A program made the translations under genes and the position numbers. A DNA stretch of 64,000 nucleotides from Chiloscyllium plagiosum (taxonomy: Eukaryota), in NCBI RefSeq assembly GCF_004010195.1, contig NC_057758.1, positions 4,516,793 to 4,580,792 of the forward strand, read 5' to 3'. The notes under the pieces are model-generated. The model saw nothing but the letters and a program-made list of their open reading frames with translations. It searched no databases and had not been told where the DNA came from. Shown piece by piece: positions 38,155 through 52,300 of the stretch (position 1 is its first letter; every line of letters begins with the position of its first letter).

Positions 38155-39635
38155 TTGGTAAAACAGCCATCAGGCAGCATCCAGGAGTGGGAGAGTCGAA
38201 GTTCCAAGCATATTTTCTTCATCAGGAATGTGAGGAGACCCAAGGGAGCTGAGAGATCAATGGTTGGGGGTGCACTGGATGTGAAGTAGCTGGGAATGCA
38301 ATAGGTAATAGAAGCTTGCGGCGTGATTGTGTAAGATTCGAGTGGTGGGTAGACTAGGTGGAATGGAAGGAAGATGTACAGGCAGGACAGTCCAAGAAGG
38401 TGGCACGAATTTATTGGGCTGAATTTGGGATGAGGTGGGTGAGGACAGAATAAGAAACTGGTGAAATCGACGTCCATCCCACGTAGTTGGAAAGTCCAAA
38501 GGTGGACCGTGAGTATGTTTTCCTCCAGTCGGCGGATGGCTGGAATCTGGCACAGGAGGTGGCCAGGGACTTGCATGTGCTTGCCATGGTGGAAGATGGA
38601 GTTGTTTCTTACATGCCTCTCACCGATCTTCTCTGAAACGTTCCACAAGTTGCTGTTCTATCTCCACGATGTTGAGAACACATTGGGAGCAACGGACACA
38701 ATAGATAGCGCGTATTTCGGTTCAGGAAATACTGTGTCACATATGGAAGGATCGTTTGTGGCCTTCGACGGGTGTGCGAGTAAAAGGTGTGGGCACAGGT
38801 TTACACATCTTGCGGTGGCATGAGAACGTGCTGAGAATGAAGGATGAATTGGTGGGGGACATGTACACAACAAGGGACTTGTGGAGCAAATAGTCTGTGT
38901 GGAACACAGAAAAGGGGGGGAGTAAAATATATCGCTGGTGGTTGTGTCAGATTGTAGGTGGCAGAAATGGCGGAGGATGACACGTTGTAATTGAAGGTTG
39001 GTGGCTGCAAAGTGATGACGGAAGGGAGGGGGCAGCGATTCTGTCCTTAATGCGATTGGAGGAATGGGGTACAAGGACGTAGTTATGCGGTGTGGAGGAG
39101 ATGTGATGAATGGGAATGTTGACAATTAAAGGAGGGAAATTGCATTCCTTTAAGAAGGAGTCCATCTGAAACTATGGTCGAATTGGTCCTCTTGGGAGCA
39201 GACAATTTGGAGGTGGCCGAATTGCGAGTCAAGGATAACGTTTTGAAAGGAGGTGTAATCGATGTAGCTTTGGGAGTCTGTGGGTTTGAAGTAGATGTCC
39301 GTGTTGAGTCAGTCGCCATTAACGTGGACTGGACAGGTCCAGGCAGGGTTAGGCGGTGTTCTAAATGAATGAGGTGAACTTGAGATAAGGGTGGAAGTTG
39401 TTCGTGAGATGTTGCAGTGTCAACCACCTCGTGATAGCGCAGGCTGGCGCCAATGCAGTCATCAATGTAGAGGAGGAAATGTTTGTGAATAGTGATGGTG
39501 TTGCTGAGGAAGATGGACTGCTCCACATACACGATGAGGAGGGAGAAATAGCTTAGGCCCAAGCAGGTGCTCACCGCGACCGCTTTCGTCGAGAGGAAAT
39601 GGGAGAATTCGAAGGAGGAATTGTTGAGGATATAA
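38155..39635 (-). mobile_element. Penelope-like retroelement remnant, copy B
   Basis: ORF 39083-39676 has FLLYIDDCIGAS (RT YxDD); paralog of 13810-15345. Confidence 0.75.
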
Positions 39636-40087
39636 TCATCATCCATATGTGTCAATCTGAACACTATCGTAGACATTCATGGTTTTGCCATCACTGAGGT
39701 GTCCATGTAACCACAATGAGGTTACCACTGTCCACAAACTCATGTGAACAAATCACAGAAAGCCAGTGACTGCAAGCTAAGGTCAGAGACTATGAATATT
39801 GCGACGTAGAACTCACCTTCTGACTCCCCAAACCTATCCAACGTCTAAAACTTACAAGCCATGAATGTGATGGAATACTCCCCAATACTTTGGATTAATG
39901 CAGTCCAAACAACATTCAAGATGAATGGCCACATACTTGACAGGGTAATCATTTGATTTGCACTCCATTAACAATACTCGACTCCCTGCACCAGCGACTG
40001 TATACAGTTTGCAAAATGCACAGCAGCAATGAACCAGAGATCCTTAGAGAGGGCTTTTCCTACCCTCAGCTACTTGTATTCGAATGT

Positions 40088-40415
40088 GGGGGGCACAGTG
40101 GTTAGCACTGCTGCCTCACAGCGCCAGAGACCCGGGTTCAATTCCCGCATCAGGCGACTGTCTGTGTGGCGTTTGCACGTTCTCGCCGTGACTGCATGGG
40201 TTTCCTCCGGGTCCTCCGGTTTTCTCCACAGTCCAAAGATGTGCAGGTCAGGTGAATTGGCCATGCTAAATTGCCCGTAGTGTTAGGAAAGGGGTAAATG
40301 TATGGGTGGGTTACGCTTTGGCGGGTCGGTGTGGACTTGTTGGGCCGAAGGGCCTGTTTCCACACTGTAATGTAATAAAAAAAGTAATCTAATGTAATCT
40401 AATCTAATCGAATAA
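40088..40415 (+). mobile_element. HE1-like SINE (copy B)
   Basis: Paralog of 15799-16135. Confidence 0.88.
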
Positions 40416-41412
40416 TTAATGACACGGGAGCAGCTGCTTTGGATAACCAACAACTTCCAGTTTCCGTCGAAGCCACTTGCCATAATGACTTGGAAATATT
40501 TCGCTGTTCCTTCACTGTTGCTGAATGGACATGCTGGAATTCCCTCCCTTACCTCCGTATGGGTCAGACCAAAACAGTTGGAAAGGTTCAATAAGTTATC
40601 TTTCCACCACAATTGCCCGTAGTGTTAGGTAAGGGGTAAATGTAGGGGTATGGGTGGGTGGCGGGTCGGTGTGGACTTGTTGGGCCGAAGGGCCTGTTTC
40701 CACACTGTAAGTAATCTAAAAAAACCTAACAAACAAGTTGGCTAGTCAACGATGGCCACATCCCACAGATGAATTTTATAAAATCCGAAATCCGAACTCG
40801 TTATACTCTAGATATTTGTACAAAATTCGTTGGAGGCCGGGCGAGCAGTCGCAATTCTAAATTCAGTAAAATGTCGACTCCTTTGTTCCATTGATTTCAA
40901 ATCTGCGGTGCCTTAAGATGATGTTATATGGTGATATGAACAAAACGAGCAATCATTTGCACAACTTAAAGTTTGAATGTCGTCTCAGTCAATCGAACAG
41001 CATTGACATGGGGCACTATTGATTTCAACTGGGAGAAAGTAGAGGAATGCAGATGCGGGAGATCAGAATGGACAGATTGGTGCCGAAAACGCATAGCAGN
41101 NNNNNNNNNNNNNNNNNNNNNNNNNNNNNNNNNNNNNNNNNNNNNNNNNNNNNNNNNNNNNNNNNNNNNNNNNNNNNNNNNNNNNNNNNNNNNNNNNNNN
41201 NNNNNNNNNNNNNNNNNNNNNNNNNNNNNNNNNNNNNNNNNNNNNNNNNNNNNNNNNNNNNNNNNNNNNNNNNNNNNNNNNNNNNNNNNNNNNNNNNNNN
41301 NNNNNNNNNNNNNNNNNNNNNNNNNNNNNNNNNNNNNNNNNNNNNNNNNNNNNNNNNNNNNNNNNNNNNNNNNNNNNNNNNNNNNNNNNNNNNNNNNNNN
41401 NNNNNNNNNNNN

Positions 41413-42929
41413 TTCGAGCCTGCACCACCACTCATTATGATCATGGCTGATCATCATCAATCAGTATCCTGTTCCTGCCTTATCTCCATAACCCTTGATT
41501 CCACTATCATTGAGAGCACTCTCCAATTCTTTCTTAAACAAATCCAGAGACTGGGCCTCCATTGCCTTCTGGGGCAGAGCATTCCACACAGTCACCACTC
41601 TCTGGGTGAAGAAGTTTCTCCGCATCTCTGTCCTAAATGACCTTCCCCCTTCTTTTTAAGCTGTGTCCTCTTGTTCGGGACTCACCCATCAACGGAAACA
41701 TGTTTCCTGACTCCAGAGTGTCCAATCCTTTAATAATCTTATATGTCTCAATCAGATCCCCTCTCATTCGTCGAAACTCAAGGGTGTACAAGCCAAGTCC
41801 TCCAATTTTTCAACATAAGATAGTCACGCTATTCCAGGAATTGACCTCATGAACCAACGCTGTACTCCTCAATAGTCAGAATGTATTTCCTCAAATTCGG
41901 AGACCAGAACTGCACACAATATTCCAGATGCGGTCTCACCATGGGCCATTTACAGCTACAGAAGAACCTCTTTACTTCTATACTCAATCCCTCTTGTTAA
42001 GAAGGCCAGCATGCTATTAGCTTTCTTCCCTACCTGCTGTACCTGCATGCTTGCCTTCATTGAATGGTGTACTAGAACAACCAGATCTCTTTGTCGTGCC
42101 CCTTTACATAACTTGACTGCTTTTAGGTAGTAATCTGCTTTCCTGTTCTTGCCACCAAAGTGGATAACCATAAATTTATCCACACTAAACTGCATCTGCC
42201 ATGCATCTCTCCACTAACCTAACCTGTCCATGTCACCCTGTAATCTCCTAACATCCTCCTCACATTTCACCCTGACACCCAGCTTTGTATCATCAGAAAA
42301 TTTGCTAATGTTACTATTAATACCATCTTCTATATCATTAATGCATATTGTAATAAGCTGTTGCCCCAGCACTGATCCCTGCGGTACCGCACTGGTCACC
42401 GCCTGCCATTCCAAAAGGGAGCCGTATATCACTACTCTTTGCTTCTTGTCCAGCCAACCAATTTTCAATCCAAGTCAGTACTTAGCCCCCAATACCATGC
42501 ACCCTAATTTTGCTCACTAATCTCCTATGTGGGATTTCATCAAAGGCTTTCTGAAAGTCCAGGTACACCACATCCACTGGATCTCCCTTGTCCATCTTCA
42601 GAGTTACATCCTCAAAGAATTCCAGAAGATTAATCAAGCGTGATTTCCCCTTCATAAATCCATGCTGACTCTGATATATCCTGTTACTGCTAGCCAGATG
42701 TGTCGTAATTTCATCCTTTATAATTGGCTCCAGCATCTTTCCCAACACTGAGGTCAGCCTAACTGGTCTATAATTTCCTGCTTTCTCTCTCGCTCCTTTC
42801 TTAAAAAAGTGGTACAACATTAGCCACCCTCCAATCCACAGGAACCGATCCCGAATCTATCGAACTCTGGAAAATAATCACCAGCGCATCCACGATTTCT
42901 CGAGCCACCTCCTTCAGTACCCTGGGATG
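41413..42929 (-). mobile_element. CR1 LINE RT fragment (copy B)
   Basis: GNYRPVRLTSVLGKMLE...QHGFMKGKS...YLDFQKAFD and VPQGSVLG motifs. Confidence 0.92.
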
Positions 42930-43845
42930 NNNNNNNNNNNNNNNNNNNNNNNNNNNNNNNNNNNNNNNNNNNNNNNNNNNNNNNNNNNNNNNNNNNNNNN
43001 NNNNNNNNNNNNNNNNNNNNNNNNNNNNNNNNNNNNNNNNNNNNNNNNNNNNNNNNNNNNNNNNNNNNNNNNNNNNNNNNNNNNNNNNNNNNNNNNNNNN
43101 NNNNNNNNNNNNNNNNNNNNNNNNNNNNNNNNNNNNNNNNNNNNNNNNNNNNNNNNNNNNNNNNNNNNNNNNNNNNNNNNNNNNNNNNNNNNNNNNNNNN
43201 NNNNNNNNNNNNNNNNNNNNNNNNNNNNNNNNNNNNNNNNNNNNNNNNNNNNNNNNNNNNNNNNNNNNNNNNNNNNNNNNNNNNNNNNNNNNNNNNNNNN
43301 NNNNNNNNNNNNNNNNNNNNNNNNNNNNNNNNNNNNNNNNNNNNNNNNNNNNNNNNNNNNNNNNNNNNNNNNNNNNNNNNNNNNNNNNNNNNNNNNNNNN
43401 NNNNNNNNNNNNNNNNNNNNNNNNNNNNNNNNNNNNNNNNNNNNNNNNNNNNNNNNNNNNNNNNNNNNNNNNNNNNNNNNNNNNNNNNNNNNNNNNNNNN
43501 NNNNNNNNNNNNNNNNNNNNNNNNNNNNNNNNNNNNNNNNNNNNNNNNNNNNNNNNNNNNNNNNNNNNNNNNNNNNNNNNNNNNNNNNNNNNNNNNNNNN
43601 NNNNNNNNNNNNNNNNNNNNNNNNNNNNNNNNNNNNNNNNNNNNNNNNNNNNNNNNNNNNNNNNNNNNNNNNNNNNNNNNNNNNNNNNNNNNNNNNNNNN
43701 NNNNNNNNNNNNNNNNNNNNNNNNNNNNNNNNNNNNNNNNNNNNNNNNNNNNNNNNNNNNNNNNNNNNNNNNNNNNNNNNNNNNNNNNNNNNNNNNNNNN
43801 NNNNNNNNNNNNNNNNNNNNNNNNNNNNNNNNNNNNNNNNNNNNN

Positions 43846-46233
43846 GAATGGCCACATACTTGACAGGGTAATCATTTGATTTGCACTCCATTAACAATAC
43901 TCGACTCCCTGCACCAGCGACTGTATACAGTTTGCAAAATGCACAGCAGCAATGAACCAGAGATCCTTAGAGAGGGCTTTTCCTACCCTCAGCTACTTGT
44001 ATTCGAATGTGGGGGGCACAGTGGTTAGCACTGCTGCCTCACAGCGCCAGAGACCCGGGTTCAATTCCCGCATCAGGCGACTGTCTGTGTGGCGTTTGCA
44101 CGTTCTCGCCGTGACTGCATGGGTTTCCTCCGGGTCCTCCGGTTTTCTCCACAGTCCAAAGATGTGCAGGTCAGGTGAATTGGCCATGCTAAATTGCCCG
44201 TAGTGTTAGGAAAGGGGTAAATGTATGGGTGGGTTACGCTTTGGCGGGTCGGTGTGGACTTGTTGGGCCGAAGGGCCTGTTTCCACACTGTAATGTAATA
44301 AAAAAAGTAATCTAATGTAATCTAATCTAATCGAATAATTAATGACACGGGAGCAGCTGCTTTGGATAACCAACAACTTCCAGTTTCCGTCGAAGCCACT
44401 TGCCATAATGACTTGGAAATATTTCGCTGTTCCTTCACTGTTGCTGAATGGACATGCTGGAATTCCCTCCCTTACGTCCGTATGGGTCAGACCAAAACAG
44501 TTGGAAAGGTTCAATAAGTTATCTTTCCACCACAATTGCCCGTAGTGTTAGGTAAGGGGTAAATGCAGGGGAATGGGTGGGTGGCGGGTCGGTGTGGACT
44601 TGTTGGGCCGAAGGGCCTGTTTCCACACTGTAAGTAATCTAAAAAAACCTAACAAACAAGTTGGCTCGTCAACGATGGCCACATCCCACAGATGAATTTT
44701 ATAAAATACCAAGCTGTGTCGAAATCCGAACTCGTTATACTCTAGATATTTGTACAAAATTCGTTGGAGGCCGGGCGAGCAGTCGCAATTCTAAATTCAG
44801 TAAAATGTCGACACCTTTATTCCATTGATTTCACAGCTGCGGTGCCTTAAGATGATGTTATATGGTGATATGAACAAAACGAGCAATCATTTGCACAACT
44901 TAACGTTTGAATGTCGTCTCAGTCAATCGAACAGCATTGACATGGGGCACTATCGATTTCAACTGGGAGAAAGTAGAGGAACGCAGATGCTGGAGATCAG
45001 AATGGACAGATTGGTGCCGAAAACGCATAGCAGATCAGGCAGCAGACAAAAAGCAGCAGAATCCAAATTTTAGTCAAACGCCTTTCCTGATGATCCGCAG
45101 TCTTGATTAAGGGTTTTACCCGAAATGTCAATTCTCCTGCTCCTCGGATGCTGCCTAATCTACTGTGCATTTCCAGCACCAGTAAATCGGCTATCGATTT
45201 CATATGTACTCTCGACCTGTACAGGTGGTCAAGATGTATCAACCCAGTGTCAAACTTTTCAGGAAGTCCACATAAATGTGTTAAGAGGTGGATTGTCTTG
45301 AATAAGAGGACAAAGCTTTGGAATTCACAAAAGTTATCGAAATCTACCTTTAACTGTGATTGTCCAGAGCAGAAGAAAGGACACGATGGATTGAATGATG
45401 TAATCATGGTTCTCGAGGCATCATATTGTGATGTTGCAGCTTTTCGTTACTCTTCAGAATATTCATCGATAGAGAACATTGATAGGCTACACTACTGTCG
45501 AATTCATTTCAAGCTGAGTAAGTCTAATCTGTGCTATTCACGGAGCTCAACGCATTTGTGGACGGGTCATACATTATTTGACCACAAGATGAGACATATA
45601 ATATTTTTGGAAGAGGGAACAGATGTTCAACGTCACATTACCTCGATTTGTTCATATCGGTTGTAAAGTCATGATCTGACTGGTTGCCTTTCACAAAATG
45701 CTTATTTTTAGAATTCGTTATATATAACTTCGATCGTTGCGATACACAATAGACAATTGGTGCAGGAGTAGGCCATTCTGCCCTTCGAGCCTGCACCACC
45801 ACTCATTATGATCATGGCTGATCATCATCAATCAGTATCCTGTTCCTGCCTTATCTCCATAACCCTTGATTCCACTATCATTGAGAGCACTCTCCAATTC
45901 TTTCTTAAACAAATCCAGAGACTGGGCCTCCATTGCCTTCTGGGGCAGAGCATTCCACACAGTCACCACTCTCTGGGTGAAGTAGTTTCTCCTCATCTCT
46001 GTCCTAAATGACCTTCCCCCTTATTTTTAAGCTGTGTCCTCTTGTTCGGGACTCACCCATCAACGGAAACATGTTTCCTGACTCCAGAGTGTCCAATCCT
46101 TTAATAATCTTATATGTCTCAATCAGATCCCCTCTCATTCGTCGAAACTCAAGGGTGTACAAGCCAAGTCCTCCAATTTTTCAACATTAGATAGTCACGC
46201 CATTCCAGGAATTGACCTCATGAACCAACGCTG
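43846..46233 (+). repeat. Third partial copy of the duplication unit, bounded by gaps
   Basis: Starts GAATGGCCACATACTTGACAGGG (same as 39923 and 15635) and re-runs SINE, truncated SINE, Penelope ends and the CR1 3' end. Confidence 0.9.
44011..44338 (+). mobile_element. HE1-like SINE (third partial copy)
   Basis: Essentially identical to 40088-40415. Confidence 0.88.
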
Positions 46234-48001
46234 NNNNNNNNNNNNNNNNNNNNNNNNNNNNNNNNNNNNNNNNNNNNNNNNNNNNNNNNNNNNNNNNNNN
46301 NNNNNNNNNNNNNNNNNNNNNNNNNNNNNNNNNNNNNNNNNNNNNNNNNNNNNNNNNNNNNNNNNNNNNNNNNNNNNNNNNNNNNNNNNNNNNNNNNNNN
46401 NNNNNNNNNNNNNNNNNNNNNNNNNNNNNNNNNNNNNNNNNNNNNNNNNNNNNNNNNNNNNNNNNNNNNNNNNNNNNNNNNNNNNNNNNNNNNNNNNNNN
46501 NNNNNNNNNNNNNNNNNNNNNNNNNNNNNNNNNNNNNNNNNNNNNNNNNNNNNNNNNNNNNNNNNNNNNNNNNNNNNNNNNNNNNNNNNNNNNNNNNNNN
46601 NNNNNNNNNNNNNNNNNNNNNNNNNNNNNNNNNNNNNNNNNNNNNNNNNNNNNNNNNNNNNNNNNNNNNNNNNNNNNNNNNNNNNNNNNNNNNNNNNNNN
46701 NNNNNNNNNNNNNNNNNNNNNNNNNNNNNNNNNNNNNNNNNNNNNNNNNNNNNNNNNNNNNNNNNNNNNNNNNNNNNNNNNNNNNNNNNNNNNNNNNNNN
46801 NNNNNNNNNNNNNNNNNNNNNNNNNNNNNNNNNNNNNNNNNNNNNNNNNNNNNNNNNNNNNNNNNNNNNNNNNNNNNNNNNNNNNNNNNNNNNNNNNNNN
46901 NNNNNNNNNNNNNNNNNNNNNNNNNNNNNNNNNNNNNNNNNNNNNNNNNNNNNNNNNNNNNNNNNNNNNNNNNNNNNNNNNNNNNNNNNNNNNNNNNNNN
47001 NNNNNNNNNNNNNNNNNNNNNNNNNNNNNNNNNNNNNNNNNNNNNNNNNNNNNNNNNNNNNNNNNNNNNNNNNNNNNNNNNNNNNNNCCTTCAGATCTAA
47101 CAGTCTCTCCAACACCAATTCCTGGCAAATATAAATTCCCTTTAGTTCAGGACCTTCAGCCACTGTTACCTCTGGGAGATTGTTTGTGTCTTCTCTAGTG
47201 GGCAGAGATCTGAAGTACCAATTCAACTCTTCTGCCATTTCTTTGTTCCCCGTAATATATTCCCCGGTTTCTGTCTGCAAGTTCAACTAATGTTTTCAGC
47301 GAGTCCCAATCTCGCATTCATATATTCCCGTTGACATATTCCATGCAGTTTATTAAAGTATTCAATATTATTTCAAACATTGAATGATTTACCGGATGAA
47401 TTACATGTTCTACCAAATACATTGGAGGGAATATTATTCAGTGCTGTATTTTATACCTTGACCTCGTCAGGCTGTGATTATCACTGATGAACATTTACAA
47501 ATCTGTTCCGCACAATTCCTATGGAAGGTTCGACGTCTGTGCCCAATGCCCCAGTTTTTAGTGTCATTAGTTACTGCAGACATTTCGCGACTGTTACACA
47601 AATCGGTTGTATATCTTCTGAAATGCACAAATCATCCTGCTCCAATCGACATTGGGGAGCAAGTGGTTAACTGAACCTGTTTGTTCAGAGACTAATTAAT
47701 GTTAGCTTATTTTGCTCATTACCATATTCAAGGCTTTATCGTCAGCCGCCAAGAATGTGAAAACACACGGGAGGCTTCTGACTTTCTATTAATAGCGTAT
47801 TTTCCTCAATGTACGACCAATTTCGAGCAAACAGGGAACTGTGAATCGAAAAAGAAGAAGAGGCCATTCGGAGTGAAGTTTGAATCCGCCACCAATTAAA
47901 CAATACCTAATGCAACAGGTATAAATATTTTCATAATAGATGAGAAGCGGCATTTGAATGTGACAGAAGTGGATGATACTTCATGAAGAGTGATTTGGGA
48001 G

Positions 48002-48190
48002 ATGATCACAACGGATCTCAATATGACAACCTTAAGTCAGAATGTGATAATCATCAACAGGAGCTTCTACTATGCAGTTCACGTACTTTCCACACGTTAT
48101 GACAAACTAGCAATAAATTGGCGAGTATATTACAGTCTTCGAATATACAAGCAGGATATTATCCAATGCTGGCAATTGTTGGTGTCCCTG
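48002..48190 (+). pseudogene. GPR139-like GPCR copy B, exon 1 (frameshifted)
   Basis: Same exon, carrying the same 1-bp deletion and GTGACT donor as exon 1b. Confidence 0.85.
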
Positions 48191-49073
48191 GTGACTCAAT
48201 TTATCTGTTTTCCTTTATTACTTAAGTCTGTGAGACGCTTATATCTGCAAAACATTAGAAATCTGAGCAGGTCAAGTTCAATGGTTTCAATCTAGTTTTA
48301 AAATGCTCCTCGCTGGTGACAAACTGAACTGCACATGAATCAATATTCTAGCATAAACTCTCAATGCATTAGACTTGTTCATCCAGATATTTCTAACCAA
48401 TCTGCTTAAATATGTCATTCTGTACCTCTCAAGGAGTTAGGATTTGAATGCGTGTGTTCTGGCTCCGATGTTGGAATCTAACTGTACATCACAGGAGACA
48501 TGATCCGATATCAATTTCAACAACAACTTCGCCCATTCCCTCTCGAATGATATACCACACATTCAGATCTCATTTATTCCATGCACATCTGCGGACGTAA
48601 TCTGGCAAAGCAATTGAACATAACTAATATTTAACCATAGTTTTCCCCGTTCGAGTTCTAAATTTAAAATCTAACCAGTTCGTGTATATTGCATCTCTCC
48701 AAAGTAACATCCCGAAATAAATCAATCAACACCTCACAGTAGGACAGACATTTTATCATGTTTTTGTTTATTTTGCGAATTTTCATTTGACTCCAAAAAT
48801 CTGCTATTCCTCCCTTCCGTCATCATGTCATTGCCAAACTGATTTGAACATTTATCTTAAGACAGAATGTTTGTAAAGTATAGGCAACATCGTATGAATG
48901 AAGACTTATATGGATTGACTCAGTGATTGCAGTTTTAAAATGCAATCTTCACACTGTCACAATCATAGTGCAGTGTAAAGATTGGATCCTTGTACATGAC
49001 AAATGTATCACACAAATCATTATTTTACTTATGTAATTGTGAAATTTCATGCCATCAACCCGGCGCCTAACTC

Positions 49074-49387
49074 TCCGAAATCCTCAATACCCTCGAGTCC
49101 AGAACATCATACATAAGCAATTAGAATAATACCATCGAAAATATTTGAATAAAACAAGTAACATTGACAGGGATGAATCGTGCTGTCCACAGCACAACAA
49201 CATCTGTGGCAGCGACTGCCTGGGCAACCTGGACCATCTTCCAGTTTCTGACCTGGACAGCATTGCATTCAGTAGTTGTTGCATTCACTAAAATTATGGT
49301 CAGCGCAAAATATAGAGCACTATTACAAATAGGTTAAGCAAGACAAATTAGGGGCATATGAAAAATTCTGGCGGCTGAACAAATTAT
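49074..49387 (-). other. 314-bp inversion relative to copy A
   Basis: Reverse complement of 21135-21448. ORF 49084-49284(-) recapitulates + strand sequence of copy A. Confidence 0.92.
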
Positions 49388-52300
49388 GTCGACGATGCAC
49401 ACTGCTCCTGTTCAACAATGGTATTCTAGGATATGTACGTTCGTAGATTTGTTGTCAATCAAGCTGGATGCTTTGTCCTGGATAGCGGCAAGCTTCTTGA
49501 ATACTGTAGCTAGTCATTTGAAAAAGAAATGATAGTCAGAGGTCTGAAACAAACACAGGTAATTTTGGAGAAATTGAAACCTCAGTGAGCAGATAAAGGA
49601 AGAGATCGCATTTCTGGTGATGTGAGCCTTGTTCAGAATGACTCACACTGTCTCATCATACTCTTGACGTATCCCTTGCCGACGGATGAACGACGTTGTG
49701 GGAATGCAAACAGAAAGCATCTCGCTGTAGGATTCTTAGCTTGTGACTTGCTCCCGAAGCGCCTACTTGCAAATGGCTATTTCCGTCAGTATCTGGTCAA
49801 TGGCATCCACCAGGATTTTGGTAGCAAGAGATTCAGTGCTTGTGACTTCAGCAAGTATCAACGAAGACTGGCTATGTTGTCTCCTGTTGGTGAGAATCGG
49901 AGCTGGTCATTTGTGTGGCAGATAAGTTATTATTTACAACGTATTAGATTCAGCACATTGATTTGCCAGGTCTTGGCGCACTTGGCCATGGAATAGTGCA
50001 TGGCTGCAGACTGAAGTTTATTGATTGTTTGATTGATTTATTGTTGTCACGTACACTGAGATACAGGGAACAGTGTTATTTTGATTGGTATACAACAATA
50101 AATGCATGAAAGGCCCAGAATTGTGTGCAGAATATCCCAGTGACAGCAAATGCACTAAAGCGTGGGATCAGAATTATTATTTTGGAGGGGGGATGCGATT
50201 AATTAAGAAGTTCGAATTCAGCGAGGAAATTTTATTCTTAAAAATATTCGTACATGTATTCAACCTTGCTATCTTCTGCCCGACAGAACGGTATGGAAGT
50301 GAGAAAAAGCGGGATGGGATGGGAGTTTGATTATGTCCCTTACTTTCCAGAAGGAACAGGAAGTACAAATGGAGTTTGTGGAGGGAGGGCTGGTTTGCTG
50401 GATGACCTTGGTATTGTTCGGAATATTCTTGTGGTGCTGGGAAGACTAGTGGCCAAGCCATGCTGTGAAGCATCGAGGTAGAATTCTTTAAATGGTGCGA
50501 CTATAATAATACACGGGTAAGAACCCGTGTATTTCGTGAACCTTCTGAGGAAGTAGAGATGTTGTTGTGCTTTCGTGACCGTCGCATAGACTTGGATGAC
50601 CGAGGACTGTTTCTTAGTATAATCACTCACAGAATCTTGACATTCTCGACCATCTTCAACTTTGCACCACTGATGTAGACAAATGCACGCCCCCTAGTCC
50701 GTTTCCTGAAGTCAATGGCCACTTTTTTTTTCATTTTACTCTCATTAATGGAGCAATCGTTGTATTTACATCACGTCACTAAGCACTTAATTTCTTTCTT
50801 TTCTTCTGTATCAGCGTTGTTTGAGAGTAGATCTACAGCGGTGGAGTCGTCAGCAAACCTGTAAATGGAGATTTTTGGAATTTGTCCACACATCTCTGAA
50901 TGCCCGAGGAATATAGTCAAATGTTAGTTTCGTAGTTTTGCAGAGCAACGGTGTGAGATTATGGTGGAGGACGTGCCGTCATCTCTTCTTCCTGTCTGTT
51001 CTATCCGTTAGAAAGTTAAGGTTTTAGTTACAGCCGGTTGATCTGTGACCTCCTGGCTGAATGTAGAGATGTGTTGGTTTCGAATTATAATGTTGAAGGC
51101 AGAAATGTCGTTCAAGAATACTATTTTGATGTGGATATGCTTGTTATCCAGATAATCCAGGGATTTGCGTAGGGCCAGAGAAATGGAGTGTATTCTGCAC
51201 CTGAAGTCACCAAAGAACAAATAATATTACAGCACAGGAACAGACCCTCCAACGTTCAACCTACACCCATGCAGATCTTCTATCTAAACCTATCGCCTGC
51301 TTTCTAAGGATCTATATCCCTCGGCTCCTTGCTCATTCATGTATCTGTCTCGATACAAAATAAATGACGTCATCGTGCCCGCTTTAACTTCTCCACTGGC
51401 AACGCCTTCCAGGCATCCATCACCCTCTGCAGAAAGATCTTTCCACGCATATCTTCCTGAAATTAATCCCTTCTCACCTTCAAGCCGTCACGACTAGTGT
51501 TTGAGTCCCCCAATCTCGGTAGGACGCTTGTTGCTCTCCATCCTACCGATATTTCTCATGATTTTATAGGCCTCAGTCAGGTCTTCCTCAACCTCTGTCT
51601 TCCTAAGGAAAGTTCTCCTAATCTTCTCAAACTCTCTTCATAATTGGCACTCCCCAAAACANNNNNNNNNNNNNNNNNNNNNNNNNNNNNNNNNNNNNNN
51701 NNNNNNNNNNNNNNNNNNNNNNNNNNNNNNNNNNNNNNNNNNNNNNNNNNNNNNNNNNNNNNNNNNNNNNNNNNNNNNNNNNNNNNNNNNNNNNNNNNNN
51801 NNNNNNNNNNNNNNNNNNNNNNNNNNNNNNNNNNNNNNNNNNNNNNNNNNNNNNNNNNNNNNNNNNNNNNNNNNNNNNNNNNNNNNNNNNNNNNNNNNNN
51901 NNNNNNNNNNNNNNNNNNNNNNNNNNNNNNNNNNNNNNNNNNNNNNNNNNNNNNNNNNNNNNNNNNNNNNNNNNNNNNNNNNNNNNNNNNNNNNNNNNNN
52001 NNNNNNNNNNNNNNNNNNNNNNNNNNNNNNNNNNNNNNNNNNNNNNNNNNNNNNNNNNNNNNNNNNNNNNNNNNNNNNNNNNNNNNNNNNNNNNNNNNNN
52101 NNNNNNNNNNNNNNNNNNNNNNNNNNNNNNNNNNNNNNNNNNNNNNNNNNNNNNNNNNNNNNNNNNNNNNNNNNNNNTTCAGTCGCCTCGACCTTCTGTA
52201 TGCTTTCTTCTTCCTCTGAGTTACTGTCACAATTTGACTTGTGATCTATGGCTCACTAATATTGCCCTTTCTATTCCTCATTTTCACAGGGCCGTGTCTG

